Shown here piece by piece: positions 45,003 through 54,592 of a stretch of 64,000 bases of DNA. Under the pieces are notes generated by a model, which saw nothing but the letters and a program-made list of their open reading frames with translations, had not been told where the DNA came from and did not search any database. The stretch's first letter is position 1. Each line of letters begins with the position of its first letter. The stretch spans positions 40,992 through 104,991 of the forward strand of contig OZ242284.1 in assembly GCA_965207355.1 (NCBI GenBank). The letters run 5' to 3'. Both the position numbers and the translations under genes were made by a program. Source of the DNA: Dehalococcoidia bacterium. GTDB taxonomy: Bacteria > Chloroflexota > Dehalococcoidia > Lucifugimonadales > UBA1123.

Positions 45003-45824
45003 ATGCTTGAGTCTATGAATAACTTGACCACTTTGAGCGTATTGCTGTCTCCCAGGGTTGTCCTCATAGCAGCCGTGGCCGCTGCTGTCTTGCTGCTGTC
45101 AGCATGTTCGGGGGAAGGAGAGCCGGTTGAACCAACGCCTCCGCCTCCGCCGACTGCACTCCCGCCGAGCCCCGTTCCAACTCCGCAACCCGCAACCCCA
45201 GTGCCGGTTCCCGAACCCACCGCAGCGCCCGCATCGGCTCCGCAAGCGGTTCAGGCTCCGCAGGAATCTCCGGGCGGCGTGAGGGTATCAGTCTTAGAGG
45301 GTTCGGTTGCCCGGTACAGCGTAACCGAACAACTTGCTCGCCTGAGCTCGCCGATTGACGCCGTGGGAGAGACGGGCGACGTCCAGGGCGCGATAGTGTT
45401 CGACGCGGACGGCAACGTTGACCCCGACCAGTCCGTCATAACCGTCGCAGTCGGGGGTCTGACAAGCGACGAAGACCGCCGCGACAGGTACGTCCGAAAC
45501 AACACTCTGAGTACGTCTGAGTTTCCCAGCGCCGAGCTGGTGGTGACCGGTGTCGAGGGTCTGGACTGGCCCTTCCCTGACTCCGGTGAGACCACGTTCC
45601 GACTCTCGGGCGATATGACGATCAGGGAGGTCACCGGCCCGGTGACCTGGGATGTCGAAGCCCAGTCCACGAGCGGAGCGGTGACGGGACAGGCGAGGAC
45701 AGTCATCACATTCGACCAGTTCGACCTGTCCAAGCCGTCGCTCGCGTTCATCGTGAGCGTCGAGGACGAGATACGGCTCGAACTCGACATCATCGCCACT
45801 ATTGAGCCTGCGTCGCCTCAGTAA
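45003..45824 (+). CDS. YceI-like periplasmic/lipid-binding protein with Pro-rich linker
   Basis: Signal/lipobox 'LLLSAC', a PTPPPPP linker, then a YceI-like domain ('SVARYSVTEQL', 'LTSDEDRRDRYVRNNTL.TSEFPSAELV'). Start uncertain: 44967 TTG, 45003 or 45015 ATG. Confidence 0.65.
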   Translation: MLESMNNLTTLSVLLSPRVVLIAAVAAAVLLLSACSGEGEPVEPTPPPPPTALPPSPVPTPQPATPVPVPEPTAAPASAPQAVQAPQESPGGVRVSVLEGSVARYSVTEQLARLSSPIDAVGETGDVQGAIVFDADGNVDPDQSVITVAVGGLTSDEDRRDRYVRNNTLSTSEFPSAELVVTGVEGLDWPFPDSGETTFRLSGDMTIREVTGPVTWDVEAQSTSGAVTGQARTVITFDQFDLSKPSLAFIVSVEDEIRLELDIIATIEPASPQ

Positions 45825-46032
45825 ACCTCGCTGACCGCATATCGGCCCATGAAATCGCGGCATTCGCGCGATAGTGAACGCATTCTGCGTTGACGCTCCG
45901 AATTTGGCGATTCTATACTGATCATCTACTACTCGGACTCGGTTTGCGCCGCGCGATGCTGGTCAACTTGGTTGGTAGAGGGAATCACCCTCAAGGGCTG
46001 AGAGTGGTAGGCATTGAAGTTGGATTGGGGGA

Positions 46033-46115
46033 GTCACCCCCATCCTAACCTTCCCCCATCGAGGGGGAAGGAACTCTTGCCTACTCTTGTGAGCCCATCA
46101 AGGGAGAGGGGATTT
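46033..46115 (-). repeat. divergent family-A-like REP elements
   Basis: 'gtcacccccatcctaaccttcccccatcgagggggaaggaac' plus a half copy 'agcccatcaagggagaggggatttt'. Confidence 0.6.
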
Positions 46116-46201
46116 TCGCGTCCACAGATGGGAGCCGGCTAAGTTGATGCAGATTTCGGCGCGCACGGGTACGGGAATACCGAATTCAGGGGATTTGTGC
46201 C

Positions 46202-47353
46202 ATGCAGCTATCATGTCTGCAAGAGAACCTTAACCGTGGCTTGTCGGTCGTTCAGCGCGCCGTCGCGACCAGGACAACGCTTCCGATAACCCAGAACGTG
46301 CTCATCGCGACCGACAACTCGCGTCTAAAGCTGGCTGCGACCAACCTGGACATCGCTATCAGCACATGGATTGGCGCCCAGGTCGAGGAAGAGGGCACGA
46401 TAACGATACCGGCCAGGATGCTGAGCGAGTTCGTGAACTCCCTGCCCCCCGAGCGTATTGACATCAATTCCGATGAGCAGGCTGCCGGATTGGATATCAA
46501 GTGCGCACGCTTCCAGGCCCATATCAACGGCCAGGACGCCGACGACTTTCCGGCTATCCCCAGCGTAACAGAAGGCGTAATCGGGCGCGTGACTCCGGAC
46601 GTGCTTCGCGACGCTATCAACAGGGTTGCATTCGCCGCGGCGACCGAGGACTCGCGTCCCGTGCTGACCGGCATAAAAGTCGAGATCTCGGGAGATACGT
46701 TCACCTTCGCGGCGGCGGACGGATTCAGGTTGGCGGTCTATGAAGGGAAGCTGGCAGAGCCGATTGCGGACGCCGAAAGCCTGGAATTCATCATACCGGC
46801 GCGCGCGCTGCTTGAGGTCAATCGTCTCATAGGCGGCCAGTCAGATCCCGTTGAGTTCACCGTAACCCAGCAGAAGAGCCAGGCGATGTTCAAGATGGAT
46901 AGCGTCGAGCTTGTGTCCCAGCTAATCCAGGGAACATTCCCCAACTACAAGCAGCTAGTGCCTGAGAACTATGAGACCAGGGTGGTTGCAAACCAGGGGG
47001 CCTTCCTCCAGGCGACGAGAACCGCCTCGATCTTCGCCAGAGACGGGTCAGGCATAGTGCGGATCAATGTTACGCCGGACGAGGATGACGAGTCGGTCGG
47101 CAAGATACTCGTGTCATCACGAGCGGAGGAGCTCGGTGACAACGTAGGTGAGGTGGATGCCCACGTAGAGGGGGATGAGGCGAAGATCGCCTTCAACAGC
47201 AAGTATCTAACGGACGTGCTGGATGTCCTGGGAGACGGCGAAGTCGCTATGGAGACTACCACTCCATCGAGCCCGGGCGTAATCAGGCCCGCAGCCGACT
47301 CCGAAGCCTACAAGTACACGCACGTCGTAATGCCGATGTTTGTGCAGTGGTAG
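46202..47353 (+). CDS. dnaN: DNA polymerase III beta sliding clamp
   Basis: 383 aa. N-terminal 'L..L..GL..V.RAV..RTTLPI..NVLI', three-domain length, 'PNYKQLVP'. Confidence 0.9.
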   Translation: MQLSCLQENLNRGLSVVQRAVATRTTLPITQNVLIATDNSRLKLAATNLDIAISTWIGAQVEEEGTITIPARMLSEFVNSLPPERIDINSDEQAAGLDIKCARFQAHINGQDADDFPAIPSVTEGVIGRVTPDVLRDAINRVAFAAATEDSRPVLTGIKVEISGDTFTFAAADGFRLAVYEGKLAEPIADAESLEFIIPARALLEVNRLIGGQSDPVEFTVTQQKSQAMFKMDSVELVSQLIQGTFPNYKQLVPENYETRVVANQGAFLQATRTASIFARDGSGIVRINVTPDEDDESVGKILVSSRAEELGDNVGEVDAHVEGDEAKIAFNSKYLTDVLDVLGDGEVAMETTTPSSPGVIRPAADSEAYKYTHVVMPMFVQW

Positions 47354-47399
47354 CCGAATCCGGGAATTTCTCGCGGGAACGGGCCAGGGAGGGGTCAAG

Positions 47400-48533
47400 A
47401 TGTCAACCAAAGTGGCTTTCGTCGGTACGGGAGACGTCTTCCTCAAGTATTACCTGCCCGAAGCGATAGAGCAGGACATCATTGACATAACCGCGATTTG
47501 CGACATCGAGCTGGACAGGGCCGAGAAGGTGGCGGAGTTCGTCGGCGGGATCGAGGTCTACGGCAGCTATACCGAGATGCTGGAACGCAGCGACGCCCAA
47601 CTTGTGGTCATCGTCACTCCTCCAACGACTCACTACCAACTCGCGCTGGAAGGCCTGGAAGCGGGGAAGCACGTCTATGTCGAGAAGCCGTTCTGTCGCC
47701 ATCTGGAGCAGGCGGACCACCTGATAGCGACTGCCGAGGCCAACGCGGTCCAACTGATGGCGGCCCCGACGGTCATGCTGGACCCGCCCAACATGATGAT
47801 GCGCGAGATGATAGCGGAGGGCGCTATTGGGAGCGTCGCTTTCGCCACCGCGCCCGCGTTTCAAATGGGTGGGGCGATATCCGGTTACTTCGACAGGTTT
47901 TCCAAGCAGTTGGAGTTCTCAGGGATCGAGGTTCTCACGCGCCCGGATGAGAAAACGGACGCATCCTGGTACTACCAGAAGGGCGGCGGACCAGTCTATG
48001 ACCTCGCCGTGTACTCGATAACCCAGATGACCGGACTTCTTGGGCCGGTGGAGCGCGTGGTCGCGCTCTCCGGCACAGTGGACCCCACCCGCACGCTGAT
48101 GCAGGGCACCGAGGAATTCCGGCAGATAGAGGTGACCGAGGACGACAACACCTCCATTCTGCTCGACTTTGGAGAATCCAGGTTCGTGTACGTGAACGCG
48201 GCCTGGCATGGCGTGGCGAGCAGGGCGCAGGGGATGGAGATAATCGGCTCGCGCGGCACGCTGACCGTGTCCGGAGGCGGCGACCTGGTGACCCGCACAC
48301 GCGAAGCGACCGTCCACCTGTACAGCAACAGCGCCAAAGAGTGGCAGGACTACCCGGTTGAGGATGAACTGTGGTGGATTCCCACCGGGCTTACCCACCT
48401 CGCAAGGTGCATCTCAGAGGGACGACAGCCGGATATCAGCATAGAACATGCGCGTCATGTTGTCGAAGTGATGGAGAAGGCTTACGTCGCGGCCCGGAGC
48501 GGCGAGGCTCAGGAAATTACAACGACGTTCTAG
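47400..48533 (+). CDS. Gfo/Idh/MocA family oxidoreductase
   Basis: Start at 'MSTKVAFVGTGDV' (ATG 47400). 'HVYVEKP'. Confidence 0.85.
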   Translation: MSTKVAFVGTGDVFLKYYLPEAIEQDIIDITAICDIELDRAEKVAEFVGGIEVYGSYTEMLERSDAQLVVIVTPPTTHYQLALEGLEAGKHVYVEKPFCRHLEQADHLIATAEANAVQLMAAPTVMLDPPNMMMREMIAEGAIGSVAFATAPAFQMGGAISGYFDRFSKQLEFSGIEVLTRPDEKTDASWYYQKGGGPVYDLAVYSITQMTGLLGPVERVVALSGTVDPTRTLMQGTEEFRQIEVTEDDNTSILLDFGESRFVYVNAAWHGVASRAQGMEIIGSRGTLTVSGGGDLVTRTREATVHLYSNSAKEWQDYPVEDELWWIPTGLTHLARCISEGRQPDISIEHARHVVEVMEKAYVAARSGEAQEITTTF

Positions 48534-48540
48534 CGCGCAT

Positions 48541-48626
48541 TTACCCTCACCCTGGCCCTCTCTCCCATCAAGGGCCGAGGGGGTAGGTTTGCCCTCACCC
48601 CTAACCCTCTCCAGGGGGAGAGGGAA
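48541..48626 (-). repeat. two tandem divergent family-A REP copies (inverted orientation)
   Basis: 'ttaccctcaccctggccctctctcccatcaagggccgaggggg' and 'tgccctcacccctaaccctctccagggggagagggaac'. Confidence 0.75.
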
Positions 48627-48664
48627 CAAAGGAAGCCCCTTGCCGGTATGAACCGACGAAGCGG

Positions 48665-49081
48665 TTACGCGTACTCGAACACCTCGATGGGGTTGCCCTC
48701 TGGGTCCACGATCATCGAGACCCTCATGCTATGGCCAGGAGTCAGTCCAGGACGAACCTCGCTAGGATGACCTACCAGGGCACCCGGGAATCCTGCCGCC
48801 TCCAGTTCCTTGCCCGTCTTCTCAATGCTGTCGAGCCACAGACAGAAGTGAGTGATACCGGAGCGCTTGTTCCTGTCGGGATCATCCGGGTACTCGTCGG
48901 GGTCCTCCCACTCGAACAGCTCCAGCACCATGGCGTCGGTGCCAAAGTATGCCTTGTTGAACATCCTGGGCATCCGGTACTCCTCGCTGATGAACGGCAT
49001 TCCCAAGCCCTCACCGTAGAATTTCTTCGCAAGTTCCAGGTCCTTGACCCACAGCATGACATGGTTGAATCCAGTGAACAT
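48665..49081 (-). CDS. VOC (glyoxalase/bleomycin-resistance/dioxygenase) family protein
   Basis: 138 aa. 'FNHVMLWVKDLE.AKKFY', 'ITHFCLWLD', 'DPEGNPIE'. Confidence 0.8.
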   Translation of the reverse strand: MFTGFNHVMLWVKDLELAKKFYGEGLGMPFISEEYRMPRMFNKAYFGTDAMVLELFEWEDPDEYPDDPDRNKRSGITHFCLWLDSIEKTGKELEAAGFPGALVGHPSEVRPGLTPGHSMRVSMIVDPEGNPIEVFEYA

Positions 49082-49200
49082 GAGACTACCTCGACCTTCA
49101 TGGTTTCCGGCTCAGACTGGGCCGATTCTATTAGACTGCCACCGTAATGACAATTATCAATTTACGTTTGGCAGTTGTGAATCACAGAAGTATCTCATCC

Positions 49201-49344
49201 GGGGTCTTGTCACTATTAAGCGTCATAGAGTAGTCCGTTCGTTGTGACCCTTCGACAAGCTCCCATCAACGGGCTCAGGACGAACCATGAACGGACGGCC
49301 TCTCGACAGGCTCAGGGTGAGCGAGACATCGAAAACGAAAGACC
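49201..49344 (+). repeat. REP/MITE-like element, family D, uninterrupted copy
   Basis: About 144 nt starting 'ggggtcttgtcactattaagcgtcatagagtagtccgttcgttgtgacccttcgacaagctc...'. Aligns along its length with the reverse complement of 56401-56544. Confidence 0.85.
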
Positions 49345-49352
49345 TTGGTATC

Positions 49353-51368
49353 TCATCGGGCGGGGACGATGAACTCCGGCCTGTGCCATACGGGCAGCAT
49401 CGAAGACCGCGCGCTCCAACTCTCGATGCGGTCGGGGTTCACGACGACCCCTTTGGGCTGCTGCGCAATCCCGTTGAACAACTGCCAGTAGTACATCCAG
49501 TCCGCGACGTCCAGGTGCCAGGACTCGCGCAGGCCCCTGTCCCGCTCGGAGGTTATCTTTAGCTGCATCTTCGCCAGGAACTCAGACTCGAATCCGCAAC
49601 CCCAGCCCGGACGGGTCAGGCTCGTGTCGTGCGGGGGAAAGGGCCAGTCCAACGGGGTGTTCGCGGTCTCCACGATGCAGTTGATTACCAGCGGCCAGAA
49701 CTGCTCGCGCATCGTCATTCGACCGCTGACGATTGGAAACATCTGCTCCCTCAGCAGCGTTACGCCGACACCGATCTCCTCCCATGCGTCCGCCACCGCG
49801 TTGGCCTGGTCGAGGCACAGGTCGCCCGTTTCGCAGGGGTTCTTGACGATCTTGATCTCGAATCTGGTCCCGTCCTCACCCCTGGGATAGCCCGCGATGT
49901 CCAGCAGTTCCTCGGACGTGACCCTGTCCAGAGGTATGCGCCAGGGCCACTCTCGCCCGGGAGCGGGACTCCAAACGTCGTGAGTCGGGCAGTCGGCGCA
50001 GCCGTGTTTCACCAGTATGGCGTCAATTTCGGATTTCACCACCTTCCTGTCTGGGTCCCACCCCGGATACAGCGGGCCGATGTACTCGATGTACAGAGGC
50101 GTTCCCAGTCCGGCCTGGATCTCCTCAACCACATGGTCCCGGTCTATCGCCATTGAGAGCGCCCAGCGCACCAGGCGCGCCTGCTCCATGTCGCTCATGC
50201 CATCCGGGTTGTCTGTGTCCGTATATTGGGACTTGTCTCCCCAGGGATTGCCGATCCAGGCGTAGTCCCGCTCGTATGCAGGCGAATTCCAGGGCTCCAG
50301 CGGCTCTCCTGTTCTTCCGTGAAACTCCTCCCACAGATTGCCGACGAACACCACCGACACGGTCACCGTGTCATTTGGACGCATGGTTGGGATGAACTCC
50401 AAGCCCTTCAGCCTTGCGTTTGGAACGTCGGACAAGTCTATCTCAGCCGCGTCCGCCAGGTCTGACGCCAGCATCGCCACTCGTGTCTCCGAGGCGGGGG
50501 TTTGCACCACCCTGAACACTTCGATGTTGGCTGTCTTCAGCCAGTTCTCGGGAACGGCCTCCACCACGCCCGACTCGCCCGGCGTCCACTGTCTCTGGAC
50601 GAAGGGCCCCGTGCCCACAGATATATCCTGGATTCTGTCGGGCCCCAGCAGGTCGAATGCCCGCTTGCTCTCCACGGCTGGAACGGCGCGATGTATCCCC
50701 ATCTCGGTAAGCGGAAGACCGAAGAACACGGGCTTTGCCAGCGGTATCTCAAGCGAGTATTCGCCCGTTGTATTCGCTTCCTCGAAGAATGCAGCGAACT
50801 GGTTGGCGTCCCCCGCCGAACTTCTGGAATTCAGCGCCAGATTGTGCCTGTTCAGCATCCATACAACGTCATCCGCAGTCAGTTCGCCGTAGTCCATGTT
50901 CGGTGTAACCGGGGGCGTGTTGAACGGTATCCCTTCCCTGATTCGTATGCTGACGGTCGAGCCGTCGGGGGAGATTTCCCACGCGCTCGCCAGCATGGGG
51001 GCCATCGGGTCCACGTTCTGCTGCATGAACAGGTAGTCGCCGATGCCGAACTCTCCCCGAATCGAGGTTCTATACGGCCCGGTTGCGGGGTCGCCAATAA
51101 CGGGCCCGACTTCCCTGACTGCCATGATAACGGCGGCCACCTCCCGGACTGGCGGCTCCGTACCAGCGGGGCCATATCCGGCGGAAGCGGGCGTCGGCAC
51201 GGGCGCGACAGTCGGCGTCGGCGGAGCGCTGGGAGTTGGTGGAGCGGGTGTCGGCATCGGAGCCGGCTCTTGCCCGCAGGCCAGGGACGCGACCGCAATG
51301 AAGATGCACGCCCATAGACAAACAATCCTCAGTGTCGGCAAGGGAAAATCGCGTCCTTCTTTCGCCAT
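49353..51368 (-). CDS. ABC transporter substrate-binding lipoprotein (family 5, peptide/nickel type)
   Basis: 671 aa. Lipobox 'VASLAC', a PT-rich linker, and a large SBP_5-like body. Assignment by overall pattern only. Confidence 0.7.
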   Translation of the reverse strand: MAKEGRDFPLPTLRIVCLWACIFIAVASLACGQEPAPMPTPAPPTPSAPPTPTVAPVPTPASAGYGPAGTEPPVREVAAVIMAVREVGPVIGDPATGPYRTSIRGEFGIGDYLFMQQNVDPMAPMLASAWEISPDGSTVSIRIREGIPFNTPPVTPNMDYGELTADDVVWMLNRHNLALNSRSSAGDANQFAAFFEEANTTGEYSLEIPLAKPVFFGLPLTEMGIHRAVPAVESKRAFDLLGPDRIQDISVGTGPFVQRQWTPGESGVVEAVPENWLKTANIEVFRVVQTPASETRVAMLASDLADAAEIDLSDVPNARLKGLEFIPTMRPNDTVTVSVVFVGNLWEEFHGRTGEPLEPWNSPAYERDYAWIGNPWGDKSQYTDTDNPDGMSDMEQARLVRWALSMAIDRDHVVEEIQAGLGTPLYIEYIGPLYPGWDPDRKVVKSEIDAILVKHGCADCPTHDVWSPAPGREWPWRIPLDRVTSEELLDIAGYPRGEDGTRFEIKIVKNPCETGDLCLDQANAVADAWEEIGVGVTLLREQMFPIVSGRMTMREQFWPLVINCIVETANTPLDWPFPPHDTSLTRPGWGCGFESEFLAKMQLKITSERDRGLRESWHLDVADWMYYWQLFNGIAQQPKGVVVNPDRIESWSARSSMLPVWHRPEFIVPAR

Positions 51369-51372
51369 GCAC

Positions 51373-52755
51373 CTACCTTGACCAGCTTATCACCTTGCCC
51401 AGGAACTGGACTTGGTTCACCTTGATCCCGGATGTTGTCACCTCGCTCCACTCGTTTGTCGAGAGGTCAAGTATATCCATCCTTACGCCCGATGCGTCCG
51501 CGACCAGGCCCGCTATGCCGCTCTCGTCCGGCGCCCAGTCGAGCGCGACGAGCCGGCCGTCCACGGGGTAGCGCGTGGAATCCTTCACGGACACGGCACT
51601 CGATCCTTCTGGTATCTCGAACAGGTGTAGCTCGCTGTTTCCATGTTCATCGCCGCCCCCGGACACCGCAAGCGTCGAGCCTGACGGGGACAGGGACATT
51701 ACGCCGGGTATCGGCCCCCACTCCGCCGCCAGTCCCGTGTCCGACACCTCGTCCGCTCTCAACAGCATTTCCGGTTTGTCAGCTTCCAGGCGTCTGATGT
51801 AGAACGTGCCCAGTGTCCGGTTGCGCTTGTTCTCCTCGCCGGTCTCGATCTCGAAGTAGTACACGGCGTCGCTCGTGGGCGCCCACTCTGCCAGAACAGG
51901 CCTGGATGAGATAACACGCGGCTTGCCGGACTTGACGTTGATTACGACCGCCTTGTCCCACGAGACCAGCAGTTTCTCGCCGTCTCTCGACCAGCTAATG
52001 TTGTTCGGGGTAGATAACCGCCTCGGCCCTTGAAGGGTTCCGTCCGCCTGCCAGAAGTCGTATGGTCCGTGGCGATCAACGGAACCGCCGTTCACCGCGT
52101 CTATTATCTCCACCGAACTTACCTTCATTCCCACCTCGCACCATGCCACATTCATCGCGGCCAGCAGCTTGCCGTCCGGCGACCACGCGGGCCACTGGTA
52201 CATCGGGTGCCATTCAGTGCCGGTATCCAGGACCGAAATCTCCTCCCCATCCAGGCTGCCAACCTTGATAGAAACACCGTCTCCTGTCGTGTATGCGAAG
52301 CGGGTTCCATCGGGAGACCATACCACCCCAGGCGTTGGCGCAGCTGTGCCGAGGTCCCGTCCGTCATAGCGCACACCAATTGTGACCAGCGTCTCCTCCC
52401 TATTCGCGGTGGCGGTATCCAGCACGAGGATAGCGCGGTCTTCTTTTTTCCGAATATCCGGCGTCGCCATACGCCCGTCCGGAGATTGGGCCGCTTCCGG
52501 AGACGACTGGACCATGACGGCTGCCGATGTCGCAGTGGGAGTGACCGTCGGAGGTGTCGGAGTCGGTGTGTCTGGAATGGGTTGAACAGCGTCCGGCGTG
52601 GGCGGTTCCCGTGTCGTGGCGATGGACGAAAGCGTGGCGACGCTGGTTGGGGTGGGGAGCGGGATGGGAGGCGCATCCGTGGAGCACGCGATGGCCAGGA
52701 CTGCCAGTGAAAGCGCAGTCCATACTGCTATCATTGTCAGGATATTACCTGCCAT
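51373..52755 (-). CDS. PD40/TolB-like beta-propeller lipoprotein
   Basis: 460 aa. Lipobox 'LAIAC', a PT-rich linker, and repeated 'WSPDG' blades. Confidence 0.7.
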   Translation of the reverse strand: MAGNILTMIAVWTALSLAVLAIACSTDAPPIPLPTPTSVATLSSIATTREPPTPDAVQPIPDTPTPTPPTVTPTATSAAVMVQSSPEAAQSPDGRMATPDIRKKEDRAILVLDTATANREETLVTIGVRYDGRDLGTAAPTPGVVWSPDGTRFAYTTGDGVSIKVGSLDGEEISVLDTGTEWHPMYQWPAWSPDGKLLAAMNVAWCEVGMKVSSVEIIDAVNGGSVDRHGPYDFWQADGTLQGPRRLSTPNNISWSRDGEKLLVSWDKAVVINVKSGKPRVISSRPVLAEWAPTSDAVYYFEIETGEENKRNRTLGTFYIRRLEADKPEMLLRADEVSDTGLAAEWGPIPGVMSLSPSGSTLAVSGGGDEHGNSELHLFEIPEGSSAVSVKDSTRYPVDGRLVALDWAPDESGIAGLVADASGVRMDILDLSTNEWSEVTTSGIKVNQVQFLGKVISWSR

Positions 52756-52765
52756 CTTCGGAAAC

Positions 52766-53512
52766 CTAGATCGTTCTGATGCTGCCCCGAACGTAGTCCG
52801 CGTCGTCCGACGCCAGGAACGCGATGACCGCCGCCACCCCGTCTGGCGACGACAGCCCGGCCATTATGTCGTCGTACCTCTCGCGATCTCCGGTGTTGGC
52901 TAGCTGCTCCTCGGTCGCGCCGATCTTCAGAGGAGTATCCAGGTTTCCGGGCAGCACGTCGTTTACCCTGATGCCGTGCCTGGACAGGTGCGCATCCAGT
53001 GTCATAGCAAGGCCGTGAGTACCGCCCTTGCTGGCTCCGTATGCAACCGATGAACTTCCGCCCGTAACCCCGGCGCCCGATGACGTCAGGATGATCACGC
53101 CGCTCCGCTCGGGAATCATGTATCTGGCCACGTGCTTGACGACGATATACGATCCCTTGAGATTGACCTCGATCACGGGGTCCCAGATGGAGTCGTCAAC
53201 ATCGGTGACCTCCAGCCCGGACCCCTTAAGAATCCCGGCCAGATGCGCCAGCACGTCAATTCCGCCATCCATCCAGTCGGCGGCCTCATCAACGCTTTGG
53301 CTGACTTCCTGCTCCTCGGTCACATCCACGTGCCAGTAGCGCGCGTCGCCCCCGGAATCTCGAATCGTCCTGAGTGTGGATTCGGCGTCGGCGTCGTTGA
53401 TGTCGAACAGCGCGATGCGGCCTCCCTCCGATGCGATCCGCATCGCGGTGGCGCGGCCTATGCCGGTTGACGCTCCGGTGACCAGCGCCCGTTTCCCGTT
53501 AAGGCTTCCCAT
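52766..53512 (-). CDS. SDR family oxidoreductase
   Basis: 248 aa. 'ALVTGASTGIGRA' and 'YGASKGG'. Confidence 0.87.
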   Translation of the reverse strand: MGSLNGKRALVTGASTGIGRATAMRIASEGGRIALFDINDADAESTLRTIRDSGGDARYWHVDVTEEQEVSQSVDEAADWMDGGIDVLAHLAGILKGSGLEVTDVDDSIWDPVIEVNLKGSYIVVKHVARYMIPERSGVIILTSSGAGVTGGSSSVAYGASKGGTHGLAMTLDAHLSRHGIRVNDVLPGNLDTPLKIGATEEQLANTGDRERYDDIMAGLSSPDGVAAVIAFLASDDADYVRGSIRTI

Positions 53513-54395
53513 GATTCTCTCCTGTCTGATTGTCCCACTCGATCCCCGCTATGGAGGCGTACTTTCGATACTCTACCGCGGCGTCGGCATACCGCTCCGG
53601 CGGCAGGTGCTCTATCAGCACATGACCATCGGGACACACCCGCTGCATACCCTGGAGGAAGACCACGTGGTCCAGCATACCCGAACCGATCTCCGCCTCC
53701 TCGAACCGCACCATGAGCTGGTCCACGACCGTGAAGTCCTTGGCGTGCGCGCCCAGCGTGTACTCTCCGGTCAGGTCGAAGAACTCTGTGAGAAGGCGTG
53801 TCGTGTCATAGGCTTCTTCCAGGCTGCCGACGAAGTTCACCGGGTCTTGGTTGAAGCCCAGCGCGGGCGATCCTACGGCTTCGATGAAGTCCCGCACGCG
53901 CCGCGGCGAGTAGAGCGGGGAAACCGCGCCGCCCTCCACCGCGACCATCACTCCCTCGTCTTCCGCTGCCCGGCAGAACTCCCGCGCGGAGTCCACCAGC
54001 CTGTCGAGTACCTCGTCGCTCCGGTTGTCCGGATGTGGGAGCCACGGCCCGTTTGGATTCAGGCTCCCGGGTCGCAAGTACGTATTGGGTGAGCCAAGCT
54101 GGGCGGTCAGTCCACACATCCGCCTTGCGAATTCGATGGTGGCCTCCCGCTCGCTGCGGTCCGGGCTCACCAGTCCGCCGCCGTAGGCTCCGTTGGTCTG
54201 GCCTACCAAGACTCCGGCTTCCTCGAACATCGCCTTCAGCCGGATGGCGGCTGGGGACCCCATCAAGAGCGGGTCCTGGACGACGATATTCAGAGCTCCG
54301 AATCCTTCGTCCGCGACCTCCCTCAGTAGTTCCGGGGTAATGTTTCGCCAATCTCCGGGGATTCGCCCCGCGGCCCCTAGCAGCATATTCTTCAC
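53499..54395 (-). CDS. sugar phosphate isomerase/epimerase (xylose-isomerase-like TIM barrel)
   Basis: 298 aa. Pattern-level resemblance only ('VAVEGG', 'HAKDF', 'IEHLP'). Confidence 0.6.
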   Translation of the reverse strand: MKNMLLGAAGRIPGDWRNITPELLREVADEGFGALNIVVQDPLLMGSPAAIRLKAMFEEAGVLVGQTNGAYGGGLVSPDRSEREATIEFARRMCGLTAQLGSPNTYLRPGSLNPNGPWLPHPDNRSDEVLDRLVDSAREFCRAAEDEGVMVAVEGGAVSPLYSPRRVRDFIEAVGSPALGFNQDPVNFVGSLEEAYDTTRLLTEFFDLTGEYTLGAHAKDFTVVDQLMVRFEEAEIGSGMLDHVVFLQGMQRVCPDGHVLIEHLPPERYADAAVEYRKYASIAGIEWDNQTGENHGKP

Positions 54396-54592
54396 CTCCG
54401 GCTACGTATGCAAGGATGGGTTGATCATCCGGCTTTGGTGGGCTGTCCTTGAAGATAACAGGTTGGTGTTGACTGCGAAAGAGACCGGCGACTTTGGCGT
54501 TGGGTTGGCCTTCCCACTTTAGGTACAATAGATAGCCGTTGTAAAAATCAGACCCTATTCCAAGAAGATATTTCGAACATACAGGGATTGAA

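Noticed and set aside
44216-45220. 334-aa minus-strand ORF spanning the cupredoxin and yceI-like genes
   Set aside because: It overlaps two + strand genes that have signal peptides and family motifs, and it also crosses an intergenic region. The Gly-rich N-terminus is the reverse translation of the Pro-rich linker.
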